Position numbers and translations under genes: made by a program
Notes under the pieces: generated by a model
The model's input: only the letters and a program-made list of their open reading frames with translations
What the model was told of the DNA's origin: nothing
Database searches by the model: none
Shown: in pieces, positions 1 to 13,155 of the stretch
How the letters are laid out: each line of letters opens with the position of its first letter
How positions within the stretch are numbered: position 1 is the stretch's first letter
Assembly (NCBI GenBank): GCA_951406725.2
Contig: OX597839.1
Location: 34,844,001-34,908,000, forward strand
Direction of reading: 5' to 3'
Length of the DNA: 64,000 nt
Source: Octopus vulgaris
Taxonomy: Eukaryota

Positions 1-160
1 CTGGTGTGTTTACGTCCCCGTAACTTAGCAATTCGGCAAAAGAGACTAATAGAATAAGTAGTAGGCTCACAAAAATAAGTCCTGGAGTCGATTTGCTCGA
101 CTATGAAGGCAGTGCTCCAGCATGGCCGCAGTCAAATGACTGAAACAAGTAAAAGAGTAA
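1..160 (+). mobile_element. 3' part of abundant tRNA-derived SINE (family S1)
   Basis: Matches the 3' half of the full copies (18470-18888, 58038-58448), ending GACTGAAACAAGTAAAAGAGTAA. Confidence 0.85.
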
Positions 161-175
161 ATATATATATATATA

Positions 176-393
176 TACATACAAAATTTAAAGGACTGAC
201 CACTAAAAGTGGATGGTGAGTATGCTAGATATAGATGTCAAAATCGCTATTTTCCACAAAGAATGGGTTCTCAAATAAAAAAACTCAGCACATTTGAGAA
301 CACATTCTTTGTGGAAAATAGTGATTTTGACGACTATTTCTAGCATGTTGACCATCCACTTTTAGTTCGTCAGTCCTCTAAATTTGGTATGTA
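176..393. mobile_element. Hairpin MITE (near-perfect palindrome)
   Basis: TACATACAAAATTTAAAGGACTGAC...GTCAGTCCTCTAAATTTGGTATGTA; arms about 100 bp around a short loop; TA at both ends. Confidence 0.75.
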
Positions 394-471
394 AAAATAT
401 TTTAATCTTCGGATTTTTTTAATATGCTAAGCCACTGGTTTTAATTGATTAATATCAATTTCTACCCTTAT

Positions 472-533
<62 letters not shown>

Positions 534-1003
534 TTATCCCCCCCACCATCGCTTGACAACCGATGTTGGTGTCTTTATTGGTTGTGTGAAGAATAGTCGA
601 CCGTCTTGTGCTGCTTCGCAGCAGTTTTCTGGTTGTGCTGTCTCTCCGCCTTGAGAAGGGTCAGCAATGTCACCAGTAAGAAACATGTTCTATTGGGACC
701 TTAGTGGGTCCGAATTGTCCTCTTCGGATGAGGAGCTCGTACGAGCAGTTGATAGAATGGACAAGAGCTCAAAGAAGGAAAGTTCTGCGGGAGGGACAGA
801 AGTCACAAAAATGGAAGTGGACATGACAAAATGGAGAAATAGGAGAAAATAACATGTAGGATAGGTGGCGATGTTGTCAGCACCCCAGAAAGTATTGGAA
901 GAGAGGGACAAGAAAACAGGGATCTTTTCACTTTGACAACGCTCTGGAGAGATTGTATTCACCTCAATAGATGTCAACAAATATCTTACAAACTATACAA
1001 TTT

Positions 1004-1796
1004 GGATCTTTTCAGTTTGAACGGCAGATGTCAACACAATTTCCACGTAACTAAACACTTTTAAACTTCGTATACTGGTAGAATGTGTTTATAAAACATC
1101 ATTTTTTTCTTGGCTTTATTGAGAAAATTCTATAGTTTGTAAGATAGCATTTCGGCAATTTTAACCAATCGCTGGAGTCCATTTAGGTAAACAACATTCT
1201 GTGCATAATGAATATGTCCCTCCTTTAAGAAACAGATTGGGTTTATTTACATTTACGAAGAAAAAAAGATACCCTTTCCCCACCCCTAGCCCTAACCCTA
1301 ATCCTAAAATAGATTGAAATTCAATAGATCGATACTAGGGTTATAATTATGGGTGACAATTTCATACGACACCGTTACGGAAAATGGGATTTTTTTCTAG
1401 CGGTGTCAAATGAAAATGTCATCCATAATTATAACCCTAGTATCGATCTATTGCATTTCAATCTGTTTCAGGGTTAGGGTTAGTTAGAGTTAGGGGTGGG
1501 GGAAGGGTATCTCTTTTTTTACTTTGCAAATGTAAATAAACCCAATCTGTTTCTTAAAAGAGGGACATATTCATACGGCACAGAATGTTTTCACCCCAAA
1601 TGGACTCCAGCGATTGGTTAAAATTGCCGAAATGCTCGATTTTAAAGTGGAAATATCTTACAAACTATAGAATTTTCTCAATAAAGCCAAGAAAAAATTA
1701 TATTTTATAAACACATTCTACCAGTATACGAAGTTTAAAAGTGTTTAGTTAACTAGAAATTATGTTAAAAAACTGCCGTTCAAACCGAAAAGATCC
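1004..1796. mobile_element. Foldback element: head-to-head dimer of a GGATC-terminal MITE with CCCTAA/TTAGGG motifs
   Basis: The whole region is an imperfect palindrome with termini GGATCTTTTCAGTTTGAACGGCAG / CTGCCGTTCAAACCGAAAAGATCC and its centre near 1385. Confidence 0.85.
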
Positions 1797-2443
1797 CCTA
1801 TCGCTGATGTCAGCTGATAAAATATATATACTTATATATTATTACAAATGTATAATTACACACACACACGCACACACACGCATACACACACGCACACACA
1901 TGCACACACACACGCACGCACACACAAACACACACACACACACGCACGCACACACACGCATGCACATACACACACACACGTAGCTACACTGAACTATGAA
2001 TTTGCTTTCTTTTATTAATGGTTTGTACTTGAATATACTTTGAATTTTTTGACCTAGTAAGTACCACCTTTACAACAATGGTAATATTCATATAAATAAC
2101 AATGGTAATCTTTCCACCAACTACATTGACCTCCCCCCCGCCTGACCCCATCTTATAATTTCAATTCATGTTTAACGAACATCAGCAGTTTGGGTCTTAA
2201 ATACAAAGAAAGTTTTACTTCCTTACACAACTGCCCCCCTGCCCCTCCCTCTTTCTCTATCCTCACTTTAGCCCTCCCCTTCACTCCGACACTTTCTTCT
2301 CTCACTTTCTCTCTTCCCTCTCACCTCTACTCTTCATTTCTTTCTTTAGATGCGTGCAACTCTCTCACATTTATTACACGGACCCTTGAATTGCAGTCGT
2401 ACTCTGAAGGGATTTTAAGTACCAAGGGATTTCTTCTGCTTTC

Positions 2444-3089
2444 GGATCTTTTCCTTTTGAACGGCACATGTCAACACAATTTCTAGTTAACTAAACACTT
2501 TAAAACTTTGTATACTGGTCGAATGTGTCACAATAAAACATTTTTTTCTCTTGGCTTTCTTGAGAAAATTGTAATTCGTTTGTTTAACGTTGTTTAATTT
2601 TTCGAATTTTAACTAATCAATTGCCTCTAGTGAGCTAAAATCATTTGCTGCGTCTAAAACTGAGACAACATCCTGTCACTAAACTTAACCCTCACCCTAA
2701 CCCTAAATTTTAGCCTTTCGGTTTTTTTTCTTAATTGTTAAATTAATTTAATTGTTACGTGTGTGTCTAAATTAATTTAACAATAAAGAAAAAAAAAACA
2801 AAAGGCTAAAATTTAGGGTTAGGGTGGGGGTGTGAGTTAGGGTTAGGGTTAGTGACAGGATGTTGTCTCAGTTTTAGACGCAGCAAATGATTTTAGCTCA
2901 ATTAGAGGCAATTCATTGGTTAAAATTCGAAAAATTAAACTACGTTAAACAAACGAATTACAATTTTCTCAAGAAAGCCAAGAGAAAAAAATGTTTTATT
3001 TTTGACCCATTCTACCAGTATACGAAGTTTTGAAGTGTTTAGTTAACTAGAAATTGTGTTGACATGTGCCGTTCAAAAGGAAAAGATTC
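2444..3089. mobile_element. Foldback MITE, GGATC termini, 8-bp TSD CTGCTTTC
   Basis: Arms about 300 bp, nearly perfect. Direct repeat CTGCTTTC at 2436-2443 and 3090-3097. Internal CCCTAA/TTAGGG. Confidence 0.85.
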
Positions 3090-3388
3090 CTGCTTTCTCG
3101 TACTCAAGTTTTGGTATTTGTTCTGTCATCCTCTTTAGCCGAGCCGCTTAAATCAGGGATGTAAACAAATCAACATTGTTTATCAACCACATGGTTCCGG
3201 GTTCAGTCCCATTGAATGGAACCTCGGATAAGAGTCTGCTACTATGGCACCAGGACAACCAAAGCCTTGTCAGTGGATTTAGTAGACGGAAACTGAAAGA
3301 AACCCATCCTATCTATCTATCTATCTATCTTATGTGTATATATATATTTATGTTATATATATATATACAATCAAAGCAAGGAACAGGA

Positions 3389-3478
3389 TATGCAGTACAA
3401 CCATTTCAAGTGGGTCCATTTAATTGAACAATGCAATCATTACATCAATTTAAATGCAGGGTTGTCCTCAGCTGCATA
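3389..3478 (-). ncRNA. Type I hammerhead ribozyme motif
   Basis: Minus strand UAUGCAG-CUGAGGA-(long, irregular stem II)-GAAA-U-GGUU-GUA-CUGCAUA; 7-bp stem I. Confidence 0.6.
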
Positions 3479-3784
3479 AATAAATAAATAGAATTTCTTA
3501 ATAAGCCTCTTGTAATGTAATACAATGAACTCTAGACTTTGTATATGTACACTTTGATGTGGATATATGTATGTATGTATGTATATTCTAGTATATAGAT
3601 CTGGTTAACTGTAACCTTATGTGTATGTATATTATTATGTATATACTTATATATATGTATATGTAGGTGCATATACACTTATATGTATATGTATATATAC
3701 TTATTCTTGTATATGAGTACCTTCTCTAATATTCATATTTGCATTTTATATCTTCATTTTATATCTTTATAATTGTACTTTATA

Positions 3785-3916
3785 ATCTCTGACGAGGCCT
3801 TGAGATATATATATATATATAAGTAACTCATTTTTAACTGCATATTACCTCAATACAACTGACTAATATAAGCACAATGAGATACCTTTATCTACAGGCT
3901 GAAACAGCTGTAAGAT
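3785..3916 (+). ncRNA. Type I hammerhead ribozyme motif in a TA-flanked short element (about 3540-4090)
   Basis: AUCU-CUGACGA-GGCCU...AGGCU-GAAA-C-AGCU-GUA-AGAU; palindromic stem III ACAGCUGU; paralogue at 54049-54160. Confidence 0.7.
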
Positions 3917-4084
3917 CCATTTTATATTTATATATATTGTTCTTATGGTATTATCTTACTTATTGATGTGTACTGTTTTATTCTGTTTGATCTGGATGTT
4001 CCTAATTAATTAGTTAATAAATTATATGAATTGGTATTATCAAGTAGTTGATGATTGAAAGGAATCTATTCCTCCATTTTTTTA

Positions 4085-4130
<46 letters not shown>

Positions 4131-4251
4131 TTATGCCATAAAGCTAAACCCTTTAGGGAAGGGAAACCTAAAGGAATCCCATAAACTGGCCGTCCCCAAT
4201 TTTAATATATACTCCTCTACATCTTAGAGTGTGCTTCTTCTTTTGGATTTA

Positions 4252-4549
4252 TAGCTCAGTGGTTAAGGTGTTGCACTCATGATTACCAGATTGTGGGTTC
4301 GATTCCCAGACCGAGCGTTGTGTTGTGTTCTTGAGCAAAGAACTTCATTTCACGTTGTCCTGCGATCATTTCAGCATTAGACATGTGACACCCCTTTGCA
4401 CCTGTACAGGTAATGTCGATTTGATGGAGGGAGGGAGTGAGCTTATGTCTACACAAAGATTCCGATCACTGTAAACGAATCATCTTTGTGGTTGTTCGGT
4501 AAGAAATTGTCGAACGCTCACACGTCATCTGTCGACGAGAGAGTCCATC

Positions 4550-4550
<1 letters not shown>
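4252..4550 (+). mobile_element. tRNA-derived SINE (other family)
   Basis: A-box-like AGCTCAGTGGTTAAG and B-box GGTTCGATTCCC, followed by a CORE-like GTGTTCTTGAGCAAAGAACTTCA. Confidence 0.65.
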
Positions 4551-4912
<362 letters not shown>

Positions 4913-5048
4913 AGATGTACTTGCATAGCGAGTGACTTGATCTGAGGTCGTGTGCTGGTAACGAAAGTAATTGCAGCGTGGAAGGTGTTTGTAAGCCATT
5001 TAAGAAACACACAAAAATCGTTAGATTCACTTCAACATTTAAGTTTAA

Positions 5049-5099
5049 TTTGTCAAAATATTTTCGTCGCTTTGAGACCGCGACCTGTTCACCGACAAA
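5049..5099 (-). ncRNA. Hammerhead-like motif with G3:C8 core swap (element about 4911-5125)
   Basis: UUUGUCG-GUGAACA-G-GUCGC(loop)GCGAC-GAAA-AUAU-UU-UGACAAA; second copy at 20459-20509. Confidence 0.6.
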
Positions 5100-5296
5100 A
5101 CTCCATGCTAAATGTGGCGGACACATAGGGGACGATTCTACTGTTACTTAAGAGAAAATTTGATTTTATTTCTCCCCTCCATCTATCTCTCTGACTCATA
5201 CACTGTTCGCTTCCCAGACATTTGTACATTACTGCAGATGCTTTATATGCACTTTTGACAAGTTTTGGTGCACCTGAGCACTGTATACGATAATTT

Positions 5297-5680
5297 CACT
5301 CTACTGGCACCGAAGTGCCATCAGCCGGGCCTGCCCGAGGTGCTGCCTGGACGACGAAATCGTCCTGGACGCATTCGTCCAGAGCCCGAGCATTGCTGAC
5401 CTCTGGGTTTATGTCGAACAGCTGCTGTCGCGTAGAGGACGGAACCGGCTATCAGCTGAATCCATAGTGAAGATTGCCCCGCCGACCTCCTTTGACAAGG
5501 AGGGCAAGGCAGTTTTTCTTTGTTAGTGGCTGTAGCGAAAGAGGTGATATGGTGGACCCGTTTGAAAGGGCTAAAGTCAGACACTTTCCTCTTTGACCAA
5601 GGCCACATCAACTTTTTCAAGTTCGTTTTAAAAAGGAAGATGAGAGTAGAAAGGCAAGTGTTGTCTCGTAGCAAATTCAT
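5297..5680 (+). mobile_element. L1/Tx1-clade LINE ORF2 C-terminal fragment (second copy 6347-6472)
   Basis: The second copy reads ACPRCCQDNEIVLHAFVQCPSIADLW, the CCHC zinc-knuckle typical of L1/Tx1 ORF2 ends. Confidence 0.65.
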
Positions 5681-5717
5681 GGTCAAGGGGAAGTAACTTC
5701 ATCTTTCAGGGGAGGCA

Positions 5718-6278
5718 AGGCAGTGGCTCTCATGGCTTCTGATCTTAACTGATTGGAAGTGTTATCGTGTACATTGTTTTGTCTTGGTTTAAAAGATGGG
5801 CTACAGCAAATATTCTGCTCAATACCACAGATTTGCTTGTCACTTGCTTGACCTTAAATAGTTGACCATGTCCCTTGGTGGCTGACGATATGTGCATCTC
5901 TGATCACGAGCAGAAGTAGTGGGGGAGCATCATAGCCATGTGTTGAGAGGGATTCTTTGGGGTTTGAATATTTCACCTCTGGAAACATGGGTGTTTCATT
6001 CAACATCCTTAAACAACCCTTATTCAGGGACCTTTTGAGCGGGATGGGCTTCTCGACCAGAAGAAATTTCTAACTAAACCCCACCTGCAAGGTCATGCAC
6101 TGTTTATCTTGATATGAGATCACCATGTCCCGCACATATGGTTGTGATGCATGTGCATGGTGTACCCTTATCAGACGGGTAGTTATGATGGGTATACTGG
6201 ACTTCGTATATTTTACCCCAGTGTCACTTTGATCGCATGCACTGCTCTCTCACTCAATAATAATAATAATAATAATTA
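5718..6278 (+). mobile_element. Non-autonomous retroelement with (AAT)n tail
   Basis: Ends CTCTCTCACTC(AAT)n; its 5' end recurs inverted at about 22128-22215. Confidence 0.55.
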
Positions 6279-6840
6279 ATTCGTTTATTAGTCACAAGGG
6301 CTGACAAAAGCAACAACAATATAAATACTGGTGGTGATGTGTAGCCACTCTACTGGCACGGAAGTGCCGTCAGCCGGGCCTGCCCGAGGTGCTGCCAGGA
6401 CAACGAAATCGTTCTGCACGCATTCGTCCAGTGCCCGAGTATTGCTGACCTCTGGGTTTATGTCGAACAGCTTTGTGATGTGAGTGATGTGTAGGCCGAC
6501 AAAAATTAATTATAACATAAAGGGACAAAACACAGGACGTAAGTTACAAAGGGTTTTTGTCCGTTTGAAAATCCGCGTAAAAACCAGTAAAACCAACGAA
6601 AATATTTAACAATGGAAAACGTCCCAATAGGGTTGGGGGGAGCCTGGTCAAAAAGGAGGGTATGAACGGACCAATTTTGAGGACACACCCGTAAAAAAAA
6701 AAAAAAGGAAATATAAAAGGAGAAAGGGACTCTCTACCCTCCTTTTGACCAGGCTTGCTGATGACCACTCGGTTCAAAGTCTCTCTTGACCAGAAATGGC
6801 CTGAACTCTTTGCATGAACACCCTTTCTGTACATAACTCC

Positions 6841-7263
6841 GGCGATCTTTCGTCTCTAGTAGACCTTTCCGTCGATTTCCGTAAAAAATTTTTTTTTTTT
6901 TTACATATAGGCTTCCGGGAACTTTTGAAGTAATATACATACATATACACATACACCGAGTAAAAATTTCAGTTATCTCTCTCTTTCACACATTACTCTC
7001 TGTCTCTTCACACACACTAACAGAAGCACTTCACTTACACAACATACTGTCTGTCTCCCACACCCCATCAAACACACACACACACACATGTACATCAATG
7101 CTTCACATGCACGGTAACTTCAAAAGAACTGCCCTCGTCATACAATCGCTTTCTCTTAGTCTCTTTCGCTCTCATTACTTCAAAAGTTCCCGCAAGCCCA
7201 TATGTAAAAAAAAATTTTTTTACGGAAATCGACGGAAAGGTCTACTAGAGACGAAAGATTGCC
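6841..7263. mobile_element. MITE with about 90-bp TIRs and 9-bp TSD CATAACTCC (Mutator- or Merlin-type)
   Basis: TIR GGCGATCTTTCGTCTCTAGTAGACC...; exact TSD at 6832-6840 and 7264-7272. Confidence 0.9.
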
Positions 7264-7399
7264 CATAACTCCATGTCCCCCTATATGGCCTTGCTTTTTG
7301 CTTTTTGAGTCAAATTAACTTAACTTAGGCTCCCGTGGCTCTTATGGGTTTCTCCACGAGTAACCTTTTGAAGTGCCCATCAGAGAGAGAGTGACCATC

Positions 7400-9212
7400 G
7401 AGGGGGGAGAGGGAGAGAGTTAGGCACAGAGAGAGAGAAAAGAGAGAGAGGGGAGAGGGAGAGAGTTAGGCACAGAGAGAGAGGGGGGAGAGGGAGAGAG
7501 TTAGGCACAGAGAGAGAGAAAAGAAAGAGAGGGGAGAGGGAGAGAGTTAGGCACAGAGAGAGAGAAAAGAGAGAGAGGGGAGAGGGAGAGAGTTAAGCAC
7601 AGAGAGAGAGAAAAGAGAGAGAGGGGAGAGGGAGAGAGTTAGGCAAAGAGAGAGAGGGGAGAGGGAGAGAGTTAGGCACAGAGAGAGAGAAAAGAAAGAG
7701 AGGGGAGAGGGAGAGAGTTAGGCACAGAGAGTGAGAGAGAGAGAAGGAGGCAGGATATGAGAGAGAGAGAGAGAAGGAGGCAGGATATGTGTGAGAGAGA
7801 GAGAGAGAGAGACAGCGGTATCCAGAGAGAGAAAGGAGGCAGTGTAACAGAGAGGGAGAGGGAACCAGAGAGAGAGAGATTATGGTTTGTGTGCGTCAGC
7901 CATTAAAAAGCAGACGATATTTGGAAGTTTTTTCATTGTCAATTATATTCGTTGGTTTTACTGTTTTTTGTTACACGGATCTTCAAACGGATAAAATCCC
8001 TTTGTAACTTTCGTCCTGTGTTTTGTCCCTTTATGTTATAATTAATTTTTGTCAGCCCTGTGGCTTAAAAACGAATTAATTATCATTAGTAATAATATTA
8101 TTATTATTATTTTATTTTTCGATTGTCAAAATTACCTCCCCTGAAAGATGAAGTTACTTCCCCTTGACCACAACTGTTTAATTGAAAGCATTCTTTTTTT
8201 TAAATTACGCTCGAAGCCCATTGCACACACACATCTGTGTGTCTTTGTGCATTTGTCCCCCACCACCACTTAGAGAGAGAAGGAGGCAGGATAAGAGAGA
8301 GAGAGAGACAAAGAGAGAGGTGTCCAGAGAGAAAGAGAGGAAAACATAGGGAGGGGTAGAAAGGTAGGCAGAGAGAGAAAAAGGAGGCAAGGAAACAGAG
8401 AGAGAGAACCAGAGAAATAAAAAAGAGAGAGGGGAGAGGGAGAGAGTTAGGCAGAGAGAGAGACAGCGGTATCCAGAGAGAGAGAGAAGGGATGTAGGGT
8501 AACAGAGAGAGGGAGTAAGCAGAGAGAAGGAGGCAGGGCAACACAAAAAGATAGAGAGGATGACAAAGAGGAAGAGAGAGCTGGAAATAGAGAACGGAGG
8601 TTGGGTGACAGAGAGACAGAAGAAGATAGAGAGAGAGAGAGAAGTAGGCTGAGAGATGGGGACAGAGAAGAGGGAGAAAGCTAGACAGAGAGAGAGAGAG
8701 AGAAGTAAATGAGGAGCAACAGGTTTGAGATCCGAATGAATGAGCAGAAGAGATTAAAAATATATATTTCTTTTACTCTTTTACTTGTTTCAGTCATTCG
8801 ACTGCGGCGATGCTGGAGCATCGCCTTTAGTCGAACAAATCGACCCCGGGGAAGAGAGAGAGGGAAACAGGGAAGGGGAGAAAGCTAGGCAGAGTATCAG
8901 AGAGAGAGGGGAGAAGGAGAGTGTTAGGCACAGAGAGAGAGAGAGAAGGAGGCAGGATATGTGAGAGAAGAGAGAGACAGCGGTTTCCAGAGAGAGAGAG
9001 TGAAAGGAGGCAGGGTAACAGAGAGAGAGGGGAGAGGGTGAGAGTTAGGCACAGAGAGTGAGAAAGAGAGAAGGAGGCAGGATATGAGAGAGAGAGAGAC
9101 AGCGGTATCCAGAGAGAGAGTGAAAGGAGGCAGTGTAACAGAGAGAGAGAGAGGGAACGAGAGAGAGAGAGATTATGGTTTGCGTGCGTCAGCCATTAAA
9201 AAGCAGACGATA
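7400..9212. repeat. GA-rich degenerate tandem repeat (GAGAGGGAGAGAGTTAGGCACAGAGAG...) in two blocks
   Basis: Blocks 7400-7920 and 8270-9212; both end GATTATGGTTTG(T/C)GTGCGTCAGCCATTAAAAAGCAGACGATA. Confidence 0.85.
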
Positions 9213-9562
9213 GTGACTCATTCTGTTTGTCATATCAAAAGAGTCATCTAATTAAATACTTAATGATCGTGTGTGTGTGTGTGTGTGCTGTTATTTATTT
9301 GATAAATGCTACAAGTGTCATTACTGTTTCCATTTTCTCTCTCACACACACGTGTGGGGGTGCAGTGTGTGTGTGTGTGTGTGTGTGGTTATTGATGAAA
9401 ATGTTTCTAGATTCCATTAAAACTTTTTCAAAAATACATATTTTGTAACTTTTTCATCCACACAATGTATTTGTAGGGAGAGAGAGAGAGAGAGAGAGAG
9501 ATAGACGTTATGAATATATCTTTCTGTCTGTCTGTCTCTCTCTCTCTATATATATATATATA

Positions 9563-9662
9563 CTAGCAGTATCGCCCGGCGTTGCTCGGGTTTGTAAGGG
9601 AAATAACTATAAAGCATTTTTAGAGAGTTATAGCCAAAATACAGCAAAAAATGCATTAAAAA
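9563..9662 (-). mobile_element. Helitron-like 3' end
   Basis: CTAG terminus with hairpin CCCGAGCAACGCCGGG; same as the 3' end of 62487-62995. Confidence 0.75.
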
Positions 9663-10775
9663 TGTTTCAGTCCTTTGACTGCGGCCATACTGGAGCACCG
9701 CTTTTAATCGAGCAACTCGACCCCGGGACATATTCTTTTATAAGCCCAGTACTTATTCTATCGGTCTCTTTTGCCGAATCGCTAAGTAACAGGGACATAA
9801 ACACACCAGCATCGGTTGTCAAGCAATGCCAGGGGGACAAACACACACACGCATATATATATATACACATATATACGACGGGCTTCTTTCAGTTTCCGTC
9901 TTCCAAATCCACTCACAAGGCTTTGGTTGGCCCGAGGCTATAGTAGAAGACACTTGCCCAAGGTGCCACGCAGTGGGACTGAACCCGGAACCATGTGGTT
10001 GGTAAACAAATTACTTACCACACAGCCACTCCTCCATTATATATATATATAATATATACAGCAGGAGTGGCTGTGTGGTAAGTAGCTTGCTTACAAACCA
10101 CATGGTTCCAGGCTCAGTCCCACTGCGTGGCACCTTGGGCAAGTGTCTTCTATAGCTTTGGGCCGACCAAAGACTTCTGAGTGGATTTGCTAGACGGAAA
10201 CTGAAAGAAGCCCATCGTATATACATATGTATATATGTAAGTATGTATGTATTTGTGTGTGTCTGTGTTTGTCTCCCATCCATTGCTTGACAACCAATGC
10301 TGGTGTGTTTACGTCCCTGTAACTTGGCAGTTCAGCAAAAAAGACTGATAGAATAAGCACTAGGCTTAAAAGGAAATAAGTCCTGGGGTCGATTTGTTCG
10401 ACTAAAGGTGGTGCTCCAGCATGGCCGCAGTCAAATGACTGAAACCAGTAAAAGAATAAAAGAAATATACTTATATATAATTACTCTTTTACCCGTTTCA
10501 GTCATTTGACTGTGGCCATGCTGGAGCAGCGCCTTTAGTTGAACAAATTGACCCCAGGACTTATTCTTTGTAAGCCCAGTACTTATTCTATTGATCTCTT
10601 TTGCCAAATTGATATGTTACGGGGACGCAAACACACCAACATCGGTTGTCAAGTGATGGAGAGAGGACAAACACACACACACATATATATATATATATAT
10701 GTATATATATGACAGGCTTCTTTCAGTTTCCGTCTACCAAATCCACTCAGAAGGCTTTGATCAGCCCAAGGCTAT
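9663..10775. mobile_element. Three S1 SINEs in alternating orientation (-,+,-)
   Basis: Copies at 9663-10034 (-), 10059-10463 (+) and 10480-10775 (-). Confidence 0.9.
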
Positions 10776-11494
10776 AATGTCACTCCGAATTTTGATGTAG
10801 ACTTTTTTTCTTCTGGACCAAATCTAAATTTTTTGCCACATTATAGCTAGGGTCCTGTCCTCTTCAAAAATGTGAATGGTTTTCCATTTGGTTAAGAACT
10901 GAATTAGCAACAAAGCTCTGAAAAGATGAAGCGTGGGAGTAAATTGCAGCCTTAAGAATATTATTTAACCACTGCCGTAGTTGAATGATTAAATAAAACA
11001 AATGGTTTATACTCACACTTTTACTCGTTTCAGTCATTTGACTATGGCCATGCTGGAGCAACGCCTTTTGTCGAGTAAATCGGCCCTAGGACTTATTATT
11101 TGTAAGCCTAGTACTTATTCTATCGGTCTCTTTTGCTGAACCGCTAAGTGACAGGGACGTAAACATACCACCATCGGTTGTCAAGCGATGTTGGGGGTGA
11201 CAAACATTTTTTTGACATTTTATACAAAGGGTACTCATTATAAATTCAGTGTATAATATTCTAACACAGAATATATTTAATTAATGATATATATATATAT
11301 ATATTTTCAGCAAAAATTTAGATTCAAATGAATATGGTACTTAATTTAGATGCACCAGAATTCTGTATGGTGTTATCCATAAAATTCCATGGGGTGATTA
11401 TAATCAAAATAAGCAACAAGAATGACAAGAATAAAATGATGTAGTACGAAACGATTGTACCAAATTACCAGAGTCATTCTTGTTGCTTATTTTG

Positions 11495-11529
<35 letters not shown>

Positions 11530-11559
11530 GGCATTGTATGTGTCTGTGTGTGTGTATGT

Positions 11560-12190
11560 CATCATCATCATCATCATCATTTAACGTCCGCTTTCCATGC
11601 TAGCATGGGTTGGACGGTTCAACTGGGGTCTGGGGAGCCCGAAGGCTGCACCAGTCCTGTCAGATCTGGCAGTGTTTCTACAGCTGGATGCCCTTCCTAA
11701 CGCCAACCACTCCGAGAGTGTAGTGGGTGATTTTATGTGCCACCGACACAGGTGCCAGACGAGGCTGGCAAACGGCCACGATCGGATGGTGTTTGTTACG
11801 TGCCCACAGCACGGAGGCCAGTCGATGCGGTACTGGCTACGGCCATGTTCGGATGGTTTTCTTGTGTGCCACGTGCCACCGGCACTGGTACCACAAAGAT
11901 ACAAATTCCATTGATGTTCATCAATTTTGATTTGTTTTGATTTTCACTTGCCTCAACAGGTCTTCACAAGTGTCACAAGAAGGAAGGTAAGCACAGGTGG
12001 ACTGACTACGTCCCAGGTAGGGGCCACGGGTTATGGCCTGACTAGTCTTGCCGGGTCTTAGGATGGTGTTTTTATGTGCCACCGACATAGGTGCCAGATG
12101 AGGCTGGCGAACGGCCACGATCGGATGGTGTTTGTTACGTGCCCACAGCACGGAGGCCAGTCGATGCGGTACTGGCTACGGCCACGTTTG
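11560..12190 (-). mobile_element. Non-autonomous RTE-like element with (TGA)n tail and internal GTGGCAC repeats
   Basis: Tail GCATGGAAAGCGGACGTTAAA(TGA)n and motif GGCGTTAGGAAGGGCATCCAGC; other copies at 12920-13160, 27630-28318, 36057-36430 and 40400-40750. Confidence 0.7.
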
Positions 12191-12199
12191 GATATATAT

Positions 12200-12236
<37 letters not shown>

Positions 12237-12919
12237 TGACTACGATTGACGACACCCCACCCACTAAACCCCCCCCCCCCCCACCGTTCTTTCAGCACCC
12301 CCAATTACCTTCTCTCCTAAGACTATTCACATATATATGGATGTTGGCATATGTGTGTGTGTGTACATATATGTATACGAGTGCATATACGTATTTGTAT
12401 GTGAGTGTGTGTGCAACGGTGTATGTACATGTGTATGTGAAAGCGTGCATACATGTGTATGTGTATAGGTGTACATGTTTTTGTATGTGTATATATATAT
12501 GTGTGTGTATATGTATGTGTATGTATATGTATGTATTTATAGATATATAAGTATGTATGTGTATGTATATGTATGTGTGTATGTGTATATGTGCATATGT
12601 GTGTATATATATGTGTGTGTATGTATTAGTGTATGTGAGTGTGTACACGGATATATATTTATGTGTAGGTATATGCATGTGTATATGTTTATGGATGTGT
12701 ATATGTACACATATATATATGTGTATAAATGTAAATATGAATATACGTATGTATATATGTATGTGTATTTACATATGTATATATCTTTATATATATATAG
12801 ATGTAAATATGGGTTTGGATATGGATATATATTTGTATGTGCTTATTTGCGTGGATCTATGTGTTTGTATGTATGTATGTATAGGTGTATATGTATATAT
12901 ATGTACGCTTGTGTGTTTT

Positions 12920-13155
12920 ATGTAACACCATCCGAGCGTGGCCGTTCGCCAGCCTCGTCTGGCACCTGTGTCGGTGGCACATAAAATCACCCACTACACT
13001 CTCGGAGTGGTTGGCGTTAGGAAGGGCATCCAGCTGTAGAAACACTGCCACATCTGACAGGCCTGGTGCAGCCTTCGGGCTCCCCAGACCCCAGTTGAAC
13101 CGTCCAACCCATGCTAGCATGGAAAGCGGACGTTAAATGATGATGATGATGATGA

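Larger units (their letters stand above)
5680..8170. mobile_element. Large foldback/long-TIR element with nested insertions
   Basis: Inverted matches 5680-5718 vs 8131-8170, about 6270-6310 vs 8045-8105, and about 6499-6620 vs 7915-8055. Confidence 0.65.

Noticed and set aside
667-852. Short acidic ORF (MFYWDLSGSELSSSDEE...)
   Set aside because: No recognisable domain or splice support; possibly a retroelement 5' remnant.
11397-11500. Hairpin with an internal TGATGTA..GAAAC..GTA resembling a hammerhead
   Set aside because: The inverted repeat is real, but the core and stems I and II do not fit.
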